A stretch of 63,562 bases of DNA, counting the filler, from Candidatus Coatesbacteria bacterium (GTDB lineage Bacteria; JAFGND01), in NCBI GenBank assembly GCA_016927185.1. It is 5 parts of 5 records of this genome, joined end to end, with 100 filler letters (N's around TTAATTAATTAA, not from the genome) between each part and the next. Parts side by side here need not be neighbours in the genome. Positions count along the whole stretch, not along the records: positions 51,161 to 63,562 come from JAFGND010000103.1; 4 more parts are not named here. One strand, given 5' to 3'. Each line of letters opens with the position of its first letter. Within the stretch, counting starts at the first letter, position 1. The notes under the pieces are model-generated. The model did not search any database and was not told the origin of the DNA. It saw only the letters and a program-made list of their open reading frames with translations. Shown one piece after another: positions 57,513 through 63,562 of this stretch. The translations under genes and the position numbers were made by a program.

Positions 57513-58709
57513 ATGCTTAAACGGTCTGAAAACATACTTATTGAGCTTGAGAGGGAGCTTCTTTATGATATAGAGAACGCAGCTGAATGGACAGGCATTC
57601 CTGTACAAAGGTTGATGTCAATTACAAACTGGTCACCTGTATTGACTCATGCAATTCCCAACTGGCTTGATATTTCAAAAAACAGTCAAATATATGGGTA
57701 TAGTATTAAACTGCCATTTCTTGAGAACTTCAGACAATTTCCTGCAATACTGGACAGGAACCTGACACCACTCTCATTGAAATCAGAAGCCCTGAAAATG
57801 ATACATCAGGCAGCTATTTATAGATTGTACCTGCCGTCCCAGATAATAGGCATGGCAATCAGTAAAGAGGAATTAAGTAGTGAATATATAGAGCAATTAA
57901 TGAGAAGTGTGTACAGATCAATTGCATTGAATGGAAAATCAGTATTATTTTCAGTATATCCTGAATGCCCAAATCCACTTCCATTATCTGCAAAATATAT
58001 TACAAAGACTGAAAAACCTCTTCCTGATCCTTTACCTGAAGAAGGACTGACAGCATTTGCTGCAGGCTGTATTGCAAAAATGCTATTTGAGGAGGAAAAA
58101 ATCCCTGATGAAGAAAAGAAACTGATTGTTATTGGTTTGCATTCAAATTTCTCGGATCTAATAAAATTGGCTGAGCAAAACAGATGGAAAATAGTTGGCA
58201 TAAATTATCAGAGGGCGTATTATTTGAATAACGAGGGATTTGATCTTGAAATGTTGCTGAAAGATAAATCCGCAGTTCAATATCTTTCTAAAATGCCGAA
58301 TACAAAAGTTGCAAACCCTTCCGAATTTTTTTCTACAGAATCCTGTATTGCAATTGCTCTTGAAAGAAGGCCACTAATTCTGGAGGGTACTCTAGAGAAA
58401 CTTAATTGCAGGTATCTGTTTTGTGCATTCAAGAAACCTCTTCATAAAGAGGAAATAAAAAATCTTGATAGAAGAGGGATTGTTGCATTCCCTGAAATAC
58501 TTTTTCCTGCTGATTCCCTGCTTTATTTCCATCTCAATTGCGTTGAGGAGAATTATGGGATAAACTTCTGCCTGGAGGATTACAGAGATTACCTGGAAGA
58601 AATAGTCCTTGAGACAACAAGAGATATCTGGAAGAAGTCCAGGTGTGAAAAATTAGATTTGTTCAAACTATGTTATTTTGTTGCATGGGAAAATTTAAAA
58701 TTCATTTAA
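57513..58709 (+). CDS. Degenerate Glu/Leu/Phe/Val dehydrogenase-like protein
   Basis: C-terminal half echoes the GDH NAD-binding domain (TAF, KIVGI, NEGFDL, RGI..FPEIL); GGAK and GxGxxG motifs absent. Confidence 0.5.
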   Translation: MLKRSENILIELERELLYDIENAAEWTGIPVQRLMSITNWSPVLTHAIPNWLDISKNSQIYGYSIKLPFLENFRQFPAILDRNLTPLSLKSEALKMIHQAAIYRLYLPSQIIGMAISKEELSSEYIEQLMRSVYRSIALNGKSVLFSVYPECPNPLPLSAKYITKTEKPLPDPLPEEGLTAFAAGCIAKMLFEEEKIPDEEKKLIVIGLHSNFSDLIKLAEQNRWKIVGINYQRAYYLNNEGFDLEMLLKDKSAVQYLSKMPNTKVANPSEFFSTESCIAIALERRPLILEGTLEKLNCRYLFCAFKKPLHKEEIKNLDRRGIVAFPEILFPADSLLYFHLNCVEENYGINFCLEDYRDYLEEIVLETTRDIWKKSRCEKLDLFKLCYFVAWENLKFI

Positions 58710-60547
58710 TTCTTATTATTTCAGGGATTCTTGTTTTCAATACAATTTCAGAAGCCAGAATTGATTATTATTTTGACAAGTTTGTTTTCTTTTCTGCCCT
58801 GAATGAAAAAACAAAAATAGACGAACGGGATTACAAAGAAAACAAGGAATTTACGTCTATTCTGGGATTCAGAACTGGCATAAAAATTTCCCAGCTGGAA
58901 TTTCAAAGAGGCACAGCAAGGCTGGAGAAATACTTCAAGGATCAGGGATTTCTTGATGTCAAGATTGTATGGAAAACAAAAGACGATCATACATTGAAAA
59001 AGCGTATTGTAATGATAACGATTTACACAGGATTGAGATATACAATCAAGAATATCGAGATACAAGGCAACAAGGAATTCAGTACTGATAAAATAATGGA
59101 AGCCCTGGAACTTAAGCAAGGCAATAATTTCGACAGAAACCTGATAGTGACTTCTATCGAAAAGGTAAAGAAGCTTTATGGGGAAGAAGGATATATAAAT
59201 ATCAAGGCAACATTTGAATCATGGATTGACGACAAAACCAACAGGCAAGGTTCAATAAAGATTACTTTTAACGAAGGTTTGAAACACAGGATAGAAGATA
59301 TAAAAATACTCGGAAACTCCAAAGTAAGAGATCGAATTATAAACAGGGAAATTCCTTTCAAGAAAGGTGATTACTTGAACCTGACTACAATGTACGAAGT
59401 CCAGAAGAATATATACAGGTTGGGATTATTCAAGGATATAGAATTCATTCCTGAGCAAGTTCCTGATAAACCAGGATGGGTAATTGTAATAATAAGGGTG
59501 ACTGAAGATAAATTCAATTTTGTGAGATTCAATTTCGGTCTGGGACCTTATTTTGATGCATTCAATATTGATGCAACATGGGGAAACAGCAATCTTGGGG
59601 GGAATAACCAGCAAATATCTCTGGGTAATTATTTCTATTACAGGATAGGATTAAATGAAGACAGGCATTTCTACAGGGAAAGACCGAATATTTCATATAC
59701 TGAACCATGGTTTGGAGGATATTCCTTTTCATTCCGCGGTGAAATTTACTACCAGGTTGAACAAATATACTGGAATAGATATCTCTGGGGCGAAAAAATC
59801 AGATTCTACAAGCAATTCAATCTTAAAAAAGACATGATTTATATAGAGCACAATTATGAACAGAGGAAAACTTCTGTAGATACATTAGATGAGGATATAA
59901 AAGACAAAATCCCTCAATACATAAAAGATGAAACTGCTGGAAGAAGGGTAAAAAACTCATTAACTCCAGGATATGAATGGGATCACAGATTGGATCCTTT
60001 TTATCCTCTTTCAGGTTACTTCAGCCAGATAAGCTTCACATTCGCTGGTGGATTACTGGGAGGAGATGATTTCTATAAGCTTATTTTCAGTTTTGCTCGT
60101 TATAACAAGCTTTTCAAGAATACTGCTTTTTGCTGGCATGTTTACGCTGGTTATTCTTCTGTTTATGGAGATGAAACTAGCTCAATTCCTTCTGATGACT
60201 TGTTCTTTGCTGGAGGTGCCAATACATACAGGGGAGAAGATGCCCTGCAAATGGGACCTAAAGATAGCAATAACAATGCCCTGGGAGGCAAGCTGCTATC
60301 TCTTGGTAATATTGAAATCAGGTATCCCCTGTTCTGGAAAATAGGTGGTGTTTTCTTTATAGATGTCGGACAATTATGGGGAAAATATCAGGATGTCAAT
60401 CTGTCTAGCATAAGATATTCATATGGATTGGGCTTTTCCTATAAAACATCTATAGGACCAATAAGACTTGAGTATGGTGTTGATACAAAGGAAGCTAATC
60501 ATCTTACCAAAGGCTCTTATCATATTGCTTTTGGGCAGAGCTTTTAA
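58670..60547 (+). CDS. Omp85/BamA-TamA family outer membrane protein
   Basis: POTRA repeats (I.I.GN), D.F.P..G, FFAGG.NTYRG, FIDVG, GPIRLEYG, C-terminal GQSF; start may be 58685. Confidence 0.92.
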   Translation: MLFCCMGKFKIHLILIISGILVFNTISEARIDYYFDKFVFFSALNEKTKIDERDYKENKEFTSILGFRTGIKISQLEFQRGTARLEKYFKDQGFLDVKIVWKTKDDHTLKKRIVMITIYTGLRYTIKNIEIQGNKEFSTDKIMEALELKQGNNFDRNLIVTSIEKVKKLYGEEGYINIKATFESWIDDKTNRQGSIKITFNEGLKHRIEDIKILGNSKVRDRIINREIPFKKGDYLNLTTMYEVQKNIYRLGLFKDIEFIPEQVPDKPGWVIVIIRVTEDKFNFVRFNFGLGPYFDAFNIDATWGNSNLGGNNQQISLGNYFYYRIGLNEDRHFYRERPNISYTEPWFGGYSFSFRGEIYYQVEQIYWNRYLWGEKIRFYKQFNLKKDMIYIEHNYEQRKTSVDTLDEDIKDKIPQYIKDETAGRRVKNSLTPGYEWDHRLDPFYPLSGYFSQISFTFAGGLLGGDDFYKLIFSFARYNKLFKNTAFCWHVYAGYSSVYGDETSSIPSDDLFFAGGANTYRGEDALQMGPKDSNNNALGGKLLSLGNIEIRYPLFWKIGGVFFIDVGQLWGKYQDVNLSSIRYSYGLGFSYKTSIGPIRLEYGVDTKEANHLTKGSYHIAFGQSF

Positions 60548-60561
60548 AAACAAGAGGTATT

Positions 60562-61356
60562 ATGAAAAAGATCGTCTTTATCATTGCTTTCTTTTCCTGC
60601 ATTTTATATGCTGATGATGCAAATCCTGAATGGCGAAATGCAGATGATGCAAAATATGCTGGTCTTTTATTGATGGCTTTCTTCAATAATCATACTTATG
60701 ATTCTGGTTATGGCTTGAAATGGAAAGAGTTTGATTTCTCAGGTTCGCTTATTTTTACTAACAAGGATATGAAGGGAGTATTAATAAATTCTGATGACTT
60801 TGGCAAGGATGAAGCTTTTTTTGGAGGAACTCTTCAGCTTGATATAGGTTTACCCGAACACATGACAATAGGAGGAAGGTTTTCTTATCTGCCAAGGGAA
60901 TTGAACAATAATACCCCTGATTACGCAAATGACGATTATACAGTAACTTATCTTTATGGTGGTCTGAAATTTTCTTATAACTTCTCGCATATGATAAAAA
61001 AGCAGACAAAAGGATTGGTTGAAGCTTGTTTGATAGGCAATTACAATCATTTCAGCCTGCTGAATCACAAGACAAAGGAGATGAGTTATGATGATTTTTC
61101 TCCCAGTATTGTCATAAGTTATTTTGCCGAAAAAAAGAAGAGAGTCGTTATATCTCCCTACATAGGTTTGAGTCCAATATTCTCCTCATTCAAGGTAAAA
61201 GCAAACAATGCTGATTATGATCACAGTATTAATATAACAAGATTCAGAGCAGCAATCGGTAACAAGTTTTATATCCGTCCTGCATATATCAACCTTGAGT
61301 TTAATCCTTTCATCATGCAGAGTTATTCTTTGTCATTAGGATTGCAGATTCTTTAA
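60562..61356 (+). CDS. Hypothetical outer-membrane beta-barrel protein
   Basis: Signal peptide; alternating hydrophobic strands; ends SLSLGLQIL. Confidence 0.55.
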   Translation: MKKIVFIIAFFSCILYADDANPEWRNADDAKYAGLLLMAFFNNHTYDSGYGLKWKEFDFSGSLIFTNKDMKGVLINSDDFGKDEAFFGGTLQLDIGLPEHMTIGGRFSYLPRELNNNTPDYANDDYTVTYLYGGLKFSYNFSHMIKKQTKGLVEACLIGNYNHFSLLNHKTKEMSYDDFSPSIVISYFAEKKKRVVISPYIGLSPIFSSFKVKANNADYDHSINITRFRAAIGNKFYIRPAYINLEFNPFIMQSYSLSLGLQIL

Positions 61357-61404
61357 TTATATGTTTGTATTGACAAAAAAAAGGAAGAGGATAGTCTGAA
61401 AAAA

Positions 61405-62352
61405 ATGGAAACAATCCATGGAGAAAATCTTGAATTTCTTAAGGATCTTGTCTCTTCTGATATTGTTTCAAAAGAGCTTGCCTGGCAAAGTTTTCTAACG
61501 AAATATAGTTCATTAATAAGACATATTTCGTATAAATTGACTGTAAATAGGGATCAGGATGATTGTGAGGATCTTTATATATATATTATTGAACATCTCT
61601 ATCAGGATGATTTTTCAAGTCTCAAGCAGTATTCCGGTTTAAGCAAATTCAGCACATGGCTCGGAAGGGTTTCCTACAATCTCGGAGTTGATCATTTGAG
61701 AGAGAAATATGGAAGAAGAAGACTTTATGAATCAATAAAAACACTCTCAAGAGAGGATCAGAGGCTATTCGAATTATATTTCTGGGAAGGTTATTCTGAA
61801 AATGAAATATGTGAATTGCTATCAAGTGAATTCAATAAAATATATCCCCTGGATGAAATAATAGAGAGATTATTGAGAATTGAAGAAAACCTTTCCTCCA
61901 AGAAAAAATGGCAGCTTATTTCGGATATCTGCAAAAACAAACCTCATTTATCATTGACCAGAGAGGATATGTCAGATGATGGTGAGGAAAAGGATATGGA
62001 TTTCCCCGATCTGAAAGAAGAACCTCAGTCTAAAATAGAAAATGAAGAAAAAGAAGAAAAATTGATGGAAATATTGAAAAAATTGACATCAATAATAGAA
62101 AAACTCTCATCGGATGACAAAATTATTATCAAGGGATATTTTCTTGATGGAATGAAAATAAAGGAAATATCTCTCTTGACTAATATACCGGAAAAAAAGA
62201 TATACAAAAAAATCGCATCAATAAAAGAGAAAATAAAAATTGATCTGGAAAGCTATGGAGTAAGCGAGGAGTTGATTAATATCATTTTAATGAGTATTTT
62301 ATTTTTTTCATTTGTATCTTTTGGGAAACTAGTGTCAACTGTCCGTATATAG
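61405..62352 (+). CDS. ECF-type sigma-70 factor (long, two region-4-like segments)
   Basis: AWQSF...Y..LI, EDL, FSTWL....N...D..R; LSREDQRLFELYF and LSSDDKIIIK.YF..G....EI. Confidence 0.82.
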   Translation: METIHGENLEFLKDLVSSDIVSKELAWQSFLTKYSSLIRHISYKLTVNRDQDDCEDLYIYIIEHLYQDDFSSLKQYSGLSKFSTWLGRVSYNLGVDHLREKYGRRRLYESIKTLSREDQRLFELYFWEGYSENEICELLSSEFNKIYPLDEIIERLLRIEENLSSKKKWQLISDICKNKPHLSLTREDMSDDGEEKDMDFPDLKEEPQSKIENEEKEEKLMEILKKLTSIIEKLSSDDKIIIKGYFLDGMKIKEISLLTNIPEKKIYKKIASIKEKIKIDLESYGVSEELINIILMSILFFSFVSFGKLVSTVRI

Positions 62353-62357
62353 ATAAT

Positions 62358-63446
62358 ATGAAAAAAGAGAAAAGTATTTTATCAAAAGCTTTGGCATCAA
62401 CAGATAACAAGACAAAATTGTCTTGCCCTTCAGAGGAAATACTTTGTGCTTTTGTTGACAAGACTATTTTTGGTTATGAAGAGGAAAAAGTTAAATCACA
62501 TCTTGCAAATTGCAGTAAATGCAGGATAAAGACTCTTGAAATAGCTCGGCAAGCAAATGAATGGAGCAGATTTACCGAAGAAGATTCGACAAAAAGCAGA
62601 CACTTCTTCGAAAGAATACCTAAGTGGAGTCTTGTTGCTGCATCAATTATTATAACTCTTGGTTTGACAATACTTGCTAGCAATCTCAATTTAAGAATTT
62701 TCAATAAAAGCAGAGAAGAAATTATAAGTGATGCGACAGTAAAAGATTTCTTAAAGATAGAAATACCTGAAGCAAATGATATAAACAAGAACAGGAAAGC
62801 GAAAACTTCGGTACAGGAACAACGATGGGCATTATATAAAGAACAATTCATAAGGAATAATACGATAATTCCTTCAGAAATAAAGCTCAGTCCTTCTGCA
62901 AAAGCTGGTTTTTCCCTTGGTTTTTATCAACCACTTACAGTTGAACTTACTGATGATGGTGGAAAACAGGCACCTTTTTATCTTATGCATGTAACTGACA
63001 AATGGAAAGCAGCTTTGGCTCAACTTGAACTTTCTGCACCACCCGCTCATGAATACAAAACAAGGCTGGAAAGAATAAATGCCAAGAAATACAAGGATCA
63101 TATCCAGATGCTTCGGGAACTTGTAGAACTTGACAAGGAGATCAACAGCTGGATGCAGAAAAGCAGGGCAACTGATGTCTTGAATAGTTACAGGCTAGGG
63201 CAGTGGGCATTCAATCTCTGGGAAACCGGACCAAATATAAGCAACAGAAATCATTATATAGAAGATGTTAAATCCTTCAAAAAGCTGTATCCTAAATATT
63301 CTTATCCCCATATTTACAGCTGCCTTGATAGAATTGAAAACGTTCTTTCAAAAGCCAGAGGTAATTGGGATTCAGAAACATACAGAAGACTGATAAAGGA
63401 ACTGGCTCTTCTTGTAGGGGTTTTTCAGGAACCCAAACAAAAATAA
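62358..63446 (+). CDS. Zinc-finger (zf-HC2) anti-sigma factor with TM helix and extracytoplasmic domain
   Basis: CPSEEIL.AF; HLANCSKC; WSLVAASIIITLGL TM segment. Confidence 0.8.
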   Translation: MKKEKSILSKALASTDNKTKLSCPSEEILCAFVDKTIFGYEEEKVKSHLANCSKCRIKTLEIARQANEWSRFTEEDSTKSRHFFERIPKWSLVAASIIITLGLTILASNLNLRIFNKSREEIISDATVKDFLKIEIPEANDINKNRKAKTSVQEQRWALYKEQFIRNNTIIPSEIKLSPSAKAGFSLGFYQPLTVELTDDGGKQAPFYLMHVTDKWKAALAQLELSAPPAHEYKTRLERINAKKYKDHIQMLRELVELDKEINSWMQKSRATDVLNSYRLGQWAFNLWETGPNISNRNHYIEDVKSFKKLYPKYSYPHIYSCLDRIENVLSKARGNWDSETYRRLIKELALLVGVFQEPKQK

Positions 63447-63562
63447 TTGACTATAAATAAACTGACATAGTTCATGACTTCTATGCCAGTTATTCCATTC
63501 CTTGCATCACAAAGAGACAAGAATATAGCTTTCTATGAAAATCAGGTTGAAGCTCGCAAGAA

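Noticed and set aside
932-63101. Numerous 60-150 aa ORFs antisense to or nested in long genes
   Set aside because: No RBS or family motifs; shadows of well-supported genes.

Overview
AT-rich draft genome from a diderm bacterium (Omp85 protein, lipoproteins, T9SS-type C-terminal sorting domains). The window is five contigs joined by artificial 100-bp spacers (N44-TTAATTAATTAA-N44 at 14846-14945, 28584-28683, 40070-40169, 51061-51160), so synteny across these points is meaningless. Housekeeping genes include ispG, ricT, guaD, rqcH, tilS, tRNA-Met, thiGH, rpmE, aroF and an Omp85. Accessory content: (1) at least 10 genes or fragments for secreted beta-propeller proteins (PQQ-type, WD40 and others). 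Eight end in a closely related, shortened T9SS-like sorting cassette whose DNA has a C-rich 5' arm (G-quadruplex motif on the template strand in three copies) and a purine-rich 3' arm able to fold back on it; five start with a shared PGD(L/F) motif after the signal peptide. This possible cassette-grafting system is the most intriguing signal, but the mechanism is inference. (2) A CcpM-like radical SAM/SPASM gene with a nonsense codon and a frameshift, flanked by two unrelated Cys-rich peptide genes. (3) A defence island: DUF262, type I R-M with a split HsdM-HsdS fusion, PIN nuclease. (4) An acyl-AMP ligase-chorismate mutase-fold fusion coupled to DAHP synthase. (5) Two cyclase-NTPase-TPR proteins. 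No reverse transcriptase, integrase, transposase, CRISPR array or rRNA was recognised.
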